From positions 1 to 64,000 of the forward strand of contig CAVSQB010000002.1 of assembly GCA_963729895.1 (NCBI GenBank): a stretch of 64,000 nucleotides of DNA, read 5' to 3'. The position numbers and the translations under genes are program-made. Origin of the DNA: an uncultured Fibrobacterota bacterium (lineage in GTDB: Bacteria > Fibrobacterota > Chitinivibrionia > Chitinivibrionales > FEN-1185). A model generated the notes under the pieces. That model was not told the DNA's origin. It was given only the letters and a program-made list of their open reading frames with translations, and searched no databases. Shown here in pieces: positions 9,610 to 18,147 of this stretch (position 1 is the first letter of the stretch; each line of letters opens with the position of its first letter).

Positions 9610-10575
9610 ATGCATGTTTATCATAAAATTGCCGTAGCGGCAATCGCATGCTTTCTTTCCGTATCCTTGACTAGCGCCGCAATTCCCGCGGGATACACCG
9701 GTGTGCCCTATTGCTGCGACACGCTCCAGGGTCACTATCAGCAGATTCCCGGACAAGTTGTGTGCGTGTTCTTCGATTCGGGCGGAGAGGGCGTTGCTTT
9801 CCATTACCCCGGCGGCTGTGGCGGGGGCGGCACGATGCGGTTGAACAAGGCCGGTCAGGTGATCCAGGCCGATGCCCCCTTATGCATGCAACAATACAGC
9901 GGCAACGATTACGACATGATCACCGACCAGCATGAAGCCGGCTATTGGCATCTGGCCTGGATTGATTCGAACGGGCAATGGAACAAGTATTCCATCCATG
10001 TGAATACGGCAGGCATGTACTATATCAGCTTTCACCAGGCGACCGCCTATTATCCAAACTGTGAAGTGCTTACCTACTATGACGGTGCCAAGACAAAAAT
10101 AGATTCGATTATCAATCTGCCGGTTGTCACGGTACCACCGGGATGCCCCGAACTCTGGCACTCCTGGACCATGAACAATAATGTTGATTCGGTGATGCTC
10201 GACACAGGGCTCCAAGTTGTTCAGATTACTTTTTTGCTCGGCAGCTGGAACCTGGATTGGATGAGTTTTAATCTCCAGTACCCCACACAGGCAGGGCACG
10301 TAACCCCGTTCCAAGCCGCGAAACCGGACTTCATGAAAGTGATGCCCCTGGAGAACACGCTGAATGTTTATTTGGACCTGAAACAATCAGGCAAGACATC
10401 ATTTTCCATAATGGACAGCAGGGGCAGACTGGTTGGAAACCCGGTGACAAAGTCACTGGCTGCCGGACCGCAATCTCAGAATTTGCCTCTTGGCAGATTG
10501 GGGCCCGGCGTTTATTTCCTGGAAATGGAGCACAGCGGCATTCTGGCGCAATCGAGGTTCATGATCACCCGGTAG
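9610..10575 (+). CDS. Secreted CBM6-like domain protein with T9SS tail (member 3, close duplicate of member 2)
   Basis: AAAGGAG RBS before ATG 9610; N-terminal region nearly identical to member 2 (YCCDTL..HYQQIPGQV.CVFFDSGG). Confidence 0.82.
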   Translation: MHVYHKIAVAAIACFLSVSLTSAAIPAGYTGVPYCCDTLQGHYQQIPGQVVCVFFDSGGEGVAFHYPGGCGGGGTMRLNKAGQVIQADAPLCMQQYSGNDYDMITDQHEAGYWHLAWIDSNGQWNKYSIHVNTAGMYYISFHQATAYYPNCEVLTYYDGAKTKIDSIINLPVVTVPPGCPELWHSWTMNNNVDSVMLDTGLQVVQITFLLGSWNLDWMSFNLQYPTQAGHVTPFQAAKPDFMKVMPLENTLNVYLDLKQSGKTSFSIMDSRGRLVGNPVTKSLAAGPQSQNLPLGRLGPGVYFLEMEHSGILAQSRFMITR

Positions 10576-10635
10576 CCGCATTCTCTCAGGTGAAAAAAGG
10601 GAGAACATCATACATCTCTTAAAGGAGTTTTTGTC

Positions 10636-11625
10636 ATGCGTCTTTATTGCAAAGTTGCGGCACTAGCGGTGGCGCTTTGCGCGTTGTCTGCTGGCGCCGC
10701 AGTAATACCTTCGGGCATCCCTGCGGGATATACGGGAAAACCCTTTTGCTGCGACACGCTTATGGGGCATTACCAGCAGATTCCGGGCGTTATCAAGGCC
10801 GTGTTTTTCGACTCGGGCGGCGAAGGCGTTGGATTCCACGATGCCACACCCGGCAATGATAATACTGTAGAGGCGGTCAAGTCCATGCGCACGGACAACG
10901 GGGTTCAGATCCAGGCAGACTATTCCGTGGAAATGCAGGTATTCAATTCCACCTGGGACTGGACGGTCTACTTGATGCCGGAAGACACGGGATCCTGGCA
11001 TATTTCGTGGATTAACCCCACCGAATATCAGCGCATGAGCTGTCATGTGAATGTCGCGGGGACCTACTCGATATGTCTGCACGAGGTGCCTGCTTCCACG
11101 CCGAATACCACGAGCATCACATTCAACGAGGACACCACAACCACCATTTACGTGAACAACCTGCATGTTCCCACCGCAGCCCAGATCAAATCGGAAGTCT
11201 GGCATGCCTGGGACACATTTCCAAACGTCGCACAAGTAACCCTTGACACCGGACTGTATGTCATCAAGTACGAATATGTCCAGGGCGGATTCAATTTCGA
11301 CTGGCTCAAGTTCACGCTCACAACCCCGCTGGAAGCGGGTTTTTCTCCATACGTCAAATCGGCCAGGGTCCCCATCGGGCTGCATGCCGTTCTGTCGGGC
11401 AACGATCTGAAACTTTCCTATTTCGGATCGGGAGCCGGCAATGCGGGAATATCGCTGGTTGACTGCACGGGCAGGACCGTCTATTCCTCGGCTGAGAGCG
11501 GAGGAGGATCTGTCGGTCTCAATACCGTCAGTGTCGATGTGAGAAATATGCGGAGAGGAGTTTACTTTGTGAAAGTTGAACAGAACGGGCGCAGCGAGGT
11601 GAAATCCCTGACCATTCTGCATTGA
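10636..11625 (+). CDS. Secreted CBM6-like domain protein with T9SS tail (member 4)
   Basis: FFDSGGEGVGFHD.TPGN; WHISWI; EVWHAW; tail VDCTGR...GVYFVKV. Confidence 0.82.
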   Translation: MRLYCKVAALAVALCALSAGAAVIPSGIPAGYTGKPFCCDTLMGHYQQIPGVIKAVFFDSGGEGVGFHDATPGNDNTVEAVKSMRTDNGVQIQADYSVEMQVFNSTWDWTVYLMPEDTGSWHISWINPTEYQRMSCHVNVAGTYSICLHEVPASTPNTTSITFNEDTTTTIYVNNLHVPTAAQIKSEVWHAWDTFPNVAQVTLDTGLYVIKYEYVQGGFNFDWLKFTLTTPLEAGFSPYVKSARVPIGLHAVLSGNDLKLSYFGSGAGNAGISLVDCTGRTVYSSAESGGGSVGLNTVSVDVRNMRRGVYFVKVEQNGRSEVKSLTILH

Positions 11626-11647
11626 TTTTTTTACGCCGTCAACGATT

Positions 11648-11680
11648 GAAAAAGGGGTTCACGAAAGTGAATCCCTTTTC
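11648..11680 (+). terminator. Hairpin/terminator with GAAA tetraloop
   Basis: GAAAAAGGGGTTCAC GAAA GTGAATCCCTTTTC. Confidence 0.65.
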
Positions 11681-11738
11681 ATGATAAAGTCCTGATTGTT
11701 CCGACTATCACTTTAATCAAGAATGGGGAGTTTGAACC

Positions 11739-12674
11739 ATGCGTCTTGATTGTAAAATTGCGGCAATAGCAGCCTCTCTGTTTCTGGCGATAACTCTTGT
11801 CAACGCCGCCTTGCCGGCCGGGTACACCGGCACGGTTTTTACAGGCGACACTCTCAAGGGGCATCCGCAGGGAATTCCCGGGGTGGTAAAAGGGGTCTTC
11901 TTTGACCAGGGCGGCGAAGGCGTGGGATACCACGACGGATCGCCGGGCAACACCGGCGGGACAATGCGGCCCGACCCGGCCGACATAAACGTTGATATGC
12001 AGCCGTTCACCCTTGGCACGGACTTGAATACGGACGGTTCCAATGCGGACACCGGGTCATGGCACCTTTCCTGGATTGACGTGGGCGATTGGGAACGGTT
12101 CACCGTCCATGTCAACACCGCGGGTGAATACAATATCAGCACCTATCAGGCCGTTGCGGGAACGCCCAACACTCAGACCATCTCATTCAACGAAGGAACG
12201 CCCATCACCATTTCCAACCTGGCTCCCACCTCCACTCCCGCCGGACACGAAATCTGGCACAACTGGGGCACTTTTCCAAACGTGGCCACGGTAACTCTCG
12301 ACACCGGCCTGTGCCTCGTGCAATTCACCTTTGTCACAGCCTCCTTCAATTTCGACAAGCTGATATTCGCGCTGAAAGGTCAGACCGGGACGAATCAGGC
12401 GGCAACCGCTCGTTCCGTCAACACTCTTGGCGTCAAGGCGGTTGTCTCCGATGCGGTTCTCACCGCCACGTTCACACTGCCGACGTCGGGTTTAACAAAG
12501 ATCTCGGTGGTCGATTGCTTGGGCAGAACAGTGATCGCGGGCGAGCCAAAGAACATGGCTTCCGGCATGCAAAGCGAGGTGATCGGGGTCGGGACTATCG
12601 GCAAAGGCGTGTATTTCGTTCACCTTGAGCACAACAGCGCTTCGGCGGTTGTGCCATTCTCGGCGGTTCGCTGA
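11739..12674 (+). CDS. Secreted CBM6-like domain protein with T9SS tail (member 5)
   Basis: FFDQGGEGVGYHD.SPGN.GG..R; WHLSWIDVGDW..FTVHV..AGEY; tail VDCLGR...GVYFV. Confidence 0.85.
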   Translation: MRLDCKIAAIAASLFLAITLVNAALPAGYTGTVFTGDTLKGHPQGIPGVVKGVFFDQGGEGVGYHDGSPGNTGGTMRPDPADINVDMQPFTLGTDLNTDGSNADTGSWHLSWIDVGDWERFTVHVNTAGEYNISTYQAVAGTPNTQTISFNEGTPITISNLAPTSTPAGHEIWHNWGTFPNVATVTLDTGLCLVQFTFVTASFNFDKLIFALKGQTGTNQAATARSVNTLGVKAVVSDAVLTATFTLPTSGLTKISVVDCLGRTVIAGEPKNMASGMQSEVIGVGTIGKGVYFVHLEHNSASAVVPFSAVR

Positions 12675-12690
12675 GAACGTCCGGATTTTG

Positions 12691-12734
12691 AAGAAAGACG
12701 GGTGCAGACATTGTGTTCCCGTCTCTTTTATTTT
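12691..12734 (+). terminator. Probable terminator
   Basis: AGACGGG...CCCGTCT stem followed by a T-rich tract. Confidence 0.55.
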
Positions 12735-12802
12735 AGCGCCCGCCTCCGGAATTTTCCTTATTTTGTAGGGTGGAACCTGCCTTCATCGAAAGGGGCAATC
12801 GA

Positions 12803-14260
12803 ATGAAATCAAAGATCGCTGCATTGTCGGTCGTTTGCACATTGCTTCTGGTTACGCAAACCTATGCTCTTACAGAATTCGACGCAGACAGCATCGTCAA
12901 TCTCATGAAGCGGGTTGCTCATTACCGGATGACCTATGCCGATATAGCCAATCTGTATAATCACACCTCTGCCGGTAAGGGCGATCAGCCGAACCCGTAT
13001 GACGGGACTAACCAGGGCAACGATTGGGATGTCGGCTCGTTCATGACGGGTCTCATGGCCATGTACTTCACCTCACAGGACACGGCATATCTCAATTTCG
13101 CCAAGCGCTGGGCAACCTATTTCAATTGGCTGCCCTGGAACGGCGTGAACACAACAACTGCGGACAATATCTGCTGTACTCAGACCTACACCGAAATCTA
13201 CCTTCTGAACCCCATACCTGCGAACAACAACATGATCGCCAACACAGGTCAAAATCTGGCGAACTTGTTTGGGTCGCACCTGAATCCCAAGACCTGCTGG
13301 TGGTGGTGCGACGCACTTTATATGGCCCCGCCGGCAATAACGCTCTATTGTCAAGCAGCAAATCAAACGGCTTACCTCGATTCAATGAACAGTTGGTGGG
13401 GAGCGGTCGCAGACACACTCTATAACAACACCTACAAGTTCTACTACCGAGATGCCAGCTTTATCCCTCCTAAGAATGTTTGCCCGAACGGCAAGCCCAT
13501 GTTCTGGTCGTGTGGGGAAGCCTGGGTCATCGGCGGAATGGCGAGAATACTGGAACACATGCCTAAGAATTACATATACCGGCCGCAATTTGTCACGCAG
13601 TTTCAGGACATGTGCGCCGCAATCAAAGCCCAGCAAGGGAACAATACACTTTACAGCGGCCTGTGGACCACCTGCATGCTCGACCATCCTGACTATCCTG
13701 ATCCTGAAACCAGCGGCTCCGCCTTCTTCTGCTTTGCCATGGCCTGGGGGGTCCGCAACGGGCTGCTCGACTCGGCGACATACAATCCCTGCATCAACGG
13801 CGCGTGGCGCGACCTTGTCAAGAACATCGGCAGCGACGGGAGGCTCATGCGCTGCCAGCATGTGGATTGGATGCCCGAGGTGAACCTCAGTGCAGACGTC
13901 AACAATTCATCTCCCGAAGGCGAAGGTGCGTTTCTGCAGGCGGGATACGAACTGTATCTCCGCGCAACAGGCGGCACATCCGTTCGTACGTTTACCCCCA
14001 TTCCGGTGAAAGGCAAGGAAGTCCTGTCTGTGCACGGATACATGGTTACGCTCAAGCTCGAAAATCCATCGGCCGCGTCGCTCAAAATCTTTTCGGCCAA
14101 CGGCCGGCTCGCGGCCGACCTTTCGAAGCAAATGCAATGCATGCGGGCCGGATCGAACGCCATTTCGCTGGACCGGATCGGGCTTCCGGCGGGAGTGTAC
14201 TGGATGGTGTTGACAGATGGTAACCTGGAGGCGTCGTCAGCCGCGGCCGTGATACGGTGA
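12803..14260 (+). CDS. GH105/GH88-like unsaturated glycuronyl hydrolase with T9SS tail
   Basis: ADNIC; WWWCDALYMAPP; FYYRD; FWS.G..WV.GG; ETSGSAFF.FA.AWG; tail FSANGR...GVY. Confidence 0.88.
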   Translation: MKSKIAALSVVCTLLLVTQTYALTEFDADSIVNLMKRVAHYRMTYADIANLYNHTSAGKGDQPNPYDGTNQGNDWDVGSFMTGLMAMYFTSQDTAYLNFAKRWATYFNWLPWNGVNTTTADNICCTQTYTEIYLLNPIPANNNMIANTGQNLANLFGSHLNPKTCWWWCDALYMAPPAITLYCQAANQTAYLDSMNSWWGAVADTLYNNTYKFYYRDASFIPPKNVCPNGKPMFWSCGEAWVIGGMARILEHMPKNYIYRPQFVTQFQDMCAAIKAQQGNNTLYSGLWTTCMLDHPDYPDPETSGSAFFCFAMAWGVRNGLLDSATYNPCINGAWRDLVKNIGSDGRLMRCQHVDWMPEVNLSADVNNSSPEGEGAFLQAGYELYLRATGGTSVRTFTPIPVKGKEVLSVHGYMVTLKLENPSAASLKIFSANGRLAADLSKQMQCMRAGSNAISLDRIGLPAGVYWMVLTDGNLEASSAAAVIR

Positions 14261-14288
14261 TTTTTTTTCGCGTGGCGGAGGGTGACGT

Positions 14289-14984
14289 CTAGCGCCCAAT
14301 CCACGTGTCCAGCATCCGCCCCATCAGCGAATGGGCGGCCTCCTGGAACTTCCCGGTATCACTGCGAATCCTGTCCGCGGTGTGGATGTACGGCGCCTCA
14401 ATGAGCTCGTGCCCGCAATTGTCAATGAGCGCTCCCGCACTTTGCTCCGTGGCCTCCAGGTGGTATTGAAGGCCGATCACCCTTTCCTTGTACAAAAACC
14501 CCTGGTTCCTGCACGCTACGCTTGAGCTCTGTAGCACCGCTCCCGGCGGAAGGGAAAAAGTGTCGCCGTGCCAGTGGAACGCCATGTACTCTGTGGGAAA
14601 AATGTCGAACGGGCTCAGTGTGGAAGCCTCGGCGGTCTGGACAAGGGGCATCCACCCGATTTCCTTGTGCGCATTCCGCGTCACTTTCCCGCCCAGGACG
14701 TCGGCGATGAGCTGGCCGCCCAGGCAGATGCCCAGGACGTGTTTGTTCGCGTCGATTGCAGTGCTAATGGCTTCCTTTTCCCGCACAAGCCACGGGTACT
14801 TGTCGTGTTCGTAAATATTGACAGGGCCGCCCATGATCACGAGCACATCGTGGCCGGGTGCGGCGCACGGGTCCTCGCCGGCGTACAGGAGGGTCTTCGA
14901 CAGCACGTGGCCCTTTCGTTTTGCCCAGGTAAGAAGAAAAGCGGGGTCCTCAAACGGGACGTGCTGAAAATAGTGGAGGCGCAT
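14289..14984 (-). CDS. Class I glutamine amidotransferase (GMP-synthase-like)
   Basis: QHVPFE; MGGP; LGICLGGQL nucleophile elbow; HWHGDTF; LQYHLE. Confidence 0.92.
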   Translation of the reverse strand: MRLHYFQHVPFEDPAFLLTWAKRKGHVLSKTLLYAGEDPCAAPGHDVLVIMGGPVNIYEHDKYPWLVREKEAISTAIDANKHVLGICLGGQLIADVLGGKVTRNAHKEIGWMPLVQTAEASTLSPFDIFPTEYMAFHWHGDTFSLPPGAVLQSSSVACRNQGFLYKERVIGLQYHLEATEQSAGALIDNCGHELIEAPYIHTADRIRSDTGKFQEAAHSLMGRMLDTWIGR

Positions 14985-15179
14985 GCGATTCCTCTTTCCA
15001 CCATGATAAACGCCAATGCGAAGATAAAATACTCGAATCCGGCGTATGTGTGAACAAAGGAGGAAACCTCAACAGCACTGTGTGCCGGCGGCAACAATTT
15101 TATCCGAACCGGCAAACCATTGTTGTAATTTATGAGGGTGGACCAAGGCCCGTTCTCTTCGCTACGACAAGGAAGTCCC

Positions 15180-15563
15180 ATGAAGAAAATATTGATCATC
15201 GACGACGACAGCGCTCTTCGAGAGGTCATGAAGACGGTGCTCTCTCCCGTGTACGAGCTTCGCGAGGCGGGAAGCAAAACCGAAGGACTTGCGCTTTTGA
15301 CGACGTTCCATCCCGACCTCGTGATCCTCGACGTGATGATGGAGTCGGTAACGGCGGGATTCGAGGCAGCGCGCGAAATCAAAGCGGACAGGAAATTCAA
15401 GAAGACCAGGATACTGATGATGACCAATGTCGACAGGGACACCCACATCGATTACAAATCGGAAGCCGGCGACCAAGCCTGGCTCCCCGTGGACGACTAC
15501 GTGCTCAAACCCGTCGATCCGAAATCGCTGCTTGCGAAAGTGCAGAGCCTGCTGCGGACCTAA
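15180..15563 (+). CDS. Single-domain response regulator (receiver)
   Basis: ILIIDDD; LVILDVMM phosphoacceptor; MMT; DYVLKPV. Confidence 0.92.
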   Translation: MKKILIIDDDSALREVMKTVLSPVYELREAGSKTEGLALLTTFHPDLVILDVMMESVTAGFEAAREIKADRKFKKTRILMMTNVDRDTHIDYKSEAGDQAWLPVDDYVLKPVDPKSLLAKVQSLLRT

Positions 15564-15572
15564 GGCGCTGCG

Positions 15573-17978
15573 CTATCGCGCCCAGAAGACGAACCCGCCC
15601 TCCAGGATCCACACGTTTGCGTAGCCTTTGGTAACGAGGTACCGGTAGGCCTCGTAGGCCCGCGACGACGTCCTGCTGTACAAAACGCATTTCTCTTTTT
15701 TGTCAAACGGGATGCCCTCCCGGCGCAGATCTTCGAGCGGCACGTTGATGCTTCCCGGTATCGCATTGACAACATGCTCCGAAAAGGGCGACACGTCCAC
15801 CGTATGCGCGTCGTCAGGGTCATGCGCGAACTGGGACAGGGTTTTGGTCCTCACAAATCCTTCGATCTTGGCGGCAAGCATGCAGCACGCGGTTTGCACC
15901 AGGTCGATGGGAGTATTAAACCACGGGGAATACCCGAGGTCGATGCCGAACACCTCGGCGAGCGTGAGCGACCGCATGATAGCCGTGGCCGCAATCTGGA
16001 TTTGCCGCGCCACGTCGCCCTTGCCGTATGCCTGGGCTCCCAACAGGATTTTCGTCCCCGCGTCCGCCACCAGCTTCAAGATGACGTATTCTGCGTGTGC
16101 GGAGTAATGCGCTTTGTCAAGACCAGCGATGACGATTGATTCCGCGGAGAACCCGAGCGCTTTCGCCCGTGCAAGGGTGAGGCCCGTGCGGGCAACGGAG
16201 ACGCCGAAATTCTGGAACATGGTGGTGCCGATGAACCCGTGGTACTCCGATGCCCGGCCCGCTATGTTGTCGGCTGCAATGCGTCCCATCTTGGTTGACA
16301 CGGAGCCGAGCGGCCAGTACTCATGCCTGCCGGTGATGGAATTGACGCTTTCGGCGCAGTCGCCGATCGCATAAATATGCTTGTCGGCCGTCTGCAGCCT
16401 CGCGTTCACCCGTATGGCGCCGATGCCGCTCACCGGCAGGCCGGCGGCTCGTGCCAATTCTGAATTCGGTTTCACCCCCGCCGACAGGATGATGAGGTCA
16501 GCGGCGAACCTGCCCTTGTCGGTTGCGATAACGAGCCGGTTGTCCCTTCTGGAAATGCGCGAGATTGAGACGCCCGTCACGATCTTTATTCCCTTCCTGT
16601 TAAGCGCCTGCTGGATCTTTTCCGACATTTCCTCGTCGAACAGGGACGAAAGCACGTGGGTCTTCTTTTCCAGTATGGTGACCCGCGCGCCCGCGTCAAC
16701 TAGGGACTCCGCCGTCTCCATGCCCACAAGCCCGCCGCCGATGAAATACACATCGCGGGCGTTTTTCGCGGCGAATTCGCTTCGGATGGCTTCGGCATCT
16801 TCCATCCGGTGCAGCGAATAGATGCCCTTCTGCCTGATGCCCGGGATGGAAGGCAACAGCGAGTCGGCGCCCGTTGCCAGCACGAGCGTGTCGTAGGGAA
16901 GCTCGCGCAGTTCTCCTGTGGCAAGGTCTCGTATGTGGACGGTTTTCTTCCTCCGGTCGACGCGTACGGCCTCGGTCCTGCTCAGGACCCGGATGTTCTT
17001 GATGGATTCGAAGAAGTTGATGTCGCGGACGGTGTTGTCGGCTGTTGACATAAGCGATTTGGGAGAATGCACCCTGCCGCTGATGTACGAGGGCAGGCCG
17101 CAGCCTGCATACGACAGGAACTCGCTGCGTTCCACAATGGTAATGTCGCACGTTTCGTCGAGACGGCGCAGCCGCGCCGCGGCCTTGGGCCCGGCCGTCA
17201 CCCCGCCGATAATGAGCACGCGCTTTCCTGCAACCGCGCGCCGTGCCTTTTTCCGAAGGCTGTGGAACGGGAGCGACACGCGGAATGTGGCGCCCTTGCC
17301 TTCCCTGGAGGAAACGCCGATAGTTCCTCCGTGCGCGGCGACAATGGCCTTGGAAATCGCCAGCCCGAGTCCCGTGCCCGGTGCGGCCGACTTGTTCCTG
17401 GCGGAACGGAAGAATGGTGTGAAGATCGCGTGGAGGTCTTGTGCCGCTATTCCGTATCCCGAATCCGATACCTGCACAACGCACCTTTTCTTCTTCTCCA
17501 TCACAGTGAGCTTCACAAGCACGTGACCTTCGGCAGGAGTGTACTTGACCGCGTTCTCCACCAGGTTACGAACCACGATCTCGAGGCCGCGGCCGTTTGC
17601 ATGCATCATCACCGCAACGTTTTCCGGCATCCTCACCCGAAGCGACACGTTTTTGTCGGAAGCCTCGGAGGTATGCGAAAGCGCCTCCGCCTCGGTGAGG
17701 GCCGCAAGATCAATATCCTCCTTGTCAATTTCTCCGCCCCGGGAATACGCCTGGTAGTTGAGCAGGTCGGCAATCAGCCTGCCGGCCTCCCCCGCCGTTC
17801 GATACGCCCGGTCCACAAATTGGAGCGTGCGGGCGTTGGTCTCACCGGTAAACCCGTCCGAAACGGTCTTGAGCAGGGACTGGATGGTACCGATGGGCGA
17901 CTTGAGCTGGTGTGAGAGCGTTGCCAGGAGCTCCGCGCTTATGCCGAAAGGTTCCTGCATGGTATGTCCCTGCCTCAC
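15573..17978 (-). CDS. Fusion of HisKA/HATPase histidine kinase, CoA-disulfide-reductase/NADH-oxidase-like flavoenzyme and rhodanese-like domain
   Basis: Kinase boxes SHQLKSP, NLVENAVKYT, DSGYGI, IFTPFF, GTGLGLAI. Then IIGGVTAG, SYAGCGLP, IGGGLVG, IYAIGDC, DLGYSP. Then AIPGSINVP...LEGG. One uninterrupted ORF; the start may be 17960. Confidence 0.92.
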   Translation of the reverse strand: MRQGHTMQEPFGISAELLATLSHQLKSPIGTIQSLLKTVSDGFTGETNARTLQFVDRAYRTAGEAGRLIADLLNYQAYSRGGEIDKEDIDLAALTEAEALSHTSEASDKNVSLRVRMPENVAVMMHANGRGLEIVVRNLVENAVKYTPAEGHVLVKLTVMEKKKRCVVQVSDSGYGIAAQDLHAIFTPFFRSARNKSAAPGTGLGLAISKAIVAAHGGTIGVSSREGKGATFRVSLPFHSLRKKARRAVAGKRVLIIGGVTAGPKAAARLRRLDETCDITIVERSEFLSYAGCGLPSYISGRVHSPKSLMSTADNTVRDINFFESIKNIRVLSRTEAVRVDRRKKTVHIRDLATGELRELPYDTLVLATGADSLLPSIPGIRQKGIYSLHRMEDAEAIRSEFAAKNARDVYFIGGGLVGMETAESLVDAGARVTILEKKTHVLSSLFDEEMSEKIQQALNRKGIKIVTGVSISRISRRDNRLVIATDKGRFAADLIILSAGVKPNSELARAAGLPVSGIGAIRVNARLQTADKHIYAIGDCAESVNSITGRHEYWPLGSVSTKMGRIAADNIAGRASEYHGFIGTTMFQNFGVSVARTGLTLARAKALGFSAESIVIAGLDKAHYSAHAEYVILKLVADAGTKILLGAQAYGKGDVARQIQIAATAIMRSLTLAEVFGIDLGYSPWFNTPIDLVQTACCMLAAKIEGFVRTKTLSQFAHDPDDAHTVDVSPFSEHVVNAIPGSINVPLEDLRREGIPFDKKEKCVLYSRTSSRAYEAYRYLVTKGYANVWILEGGFVFWAR

Positions 17979-18147
17979 GATGTTGAGTGACGGGCCGTTG
18001 CACCAGCTTCAATATATCTTACGTTCACGGCAGGTGCCAAAAAGTGCGGAGCCGCCGTTTCCCATAGTAGTTGATTTTGAACAATCCATAGGCTATCTTT
18101 CTTAAACTCGATTTTCTTGCACCACGACCCATGTCCCGGAGCACCGC

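Noticed and set aside
17979..18147. THF or ZMP/ZTP riboswitch upstream of fhs
   Set aside because: I could not find the conserved motifs on either strand.
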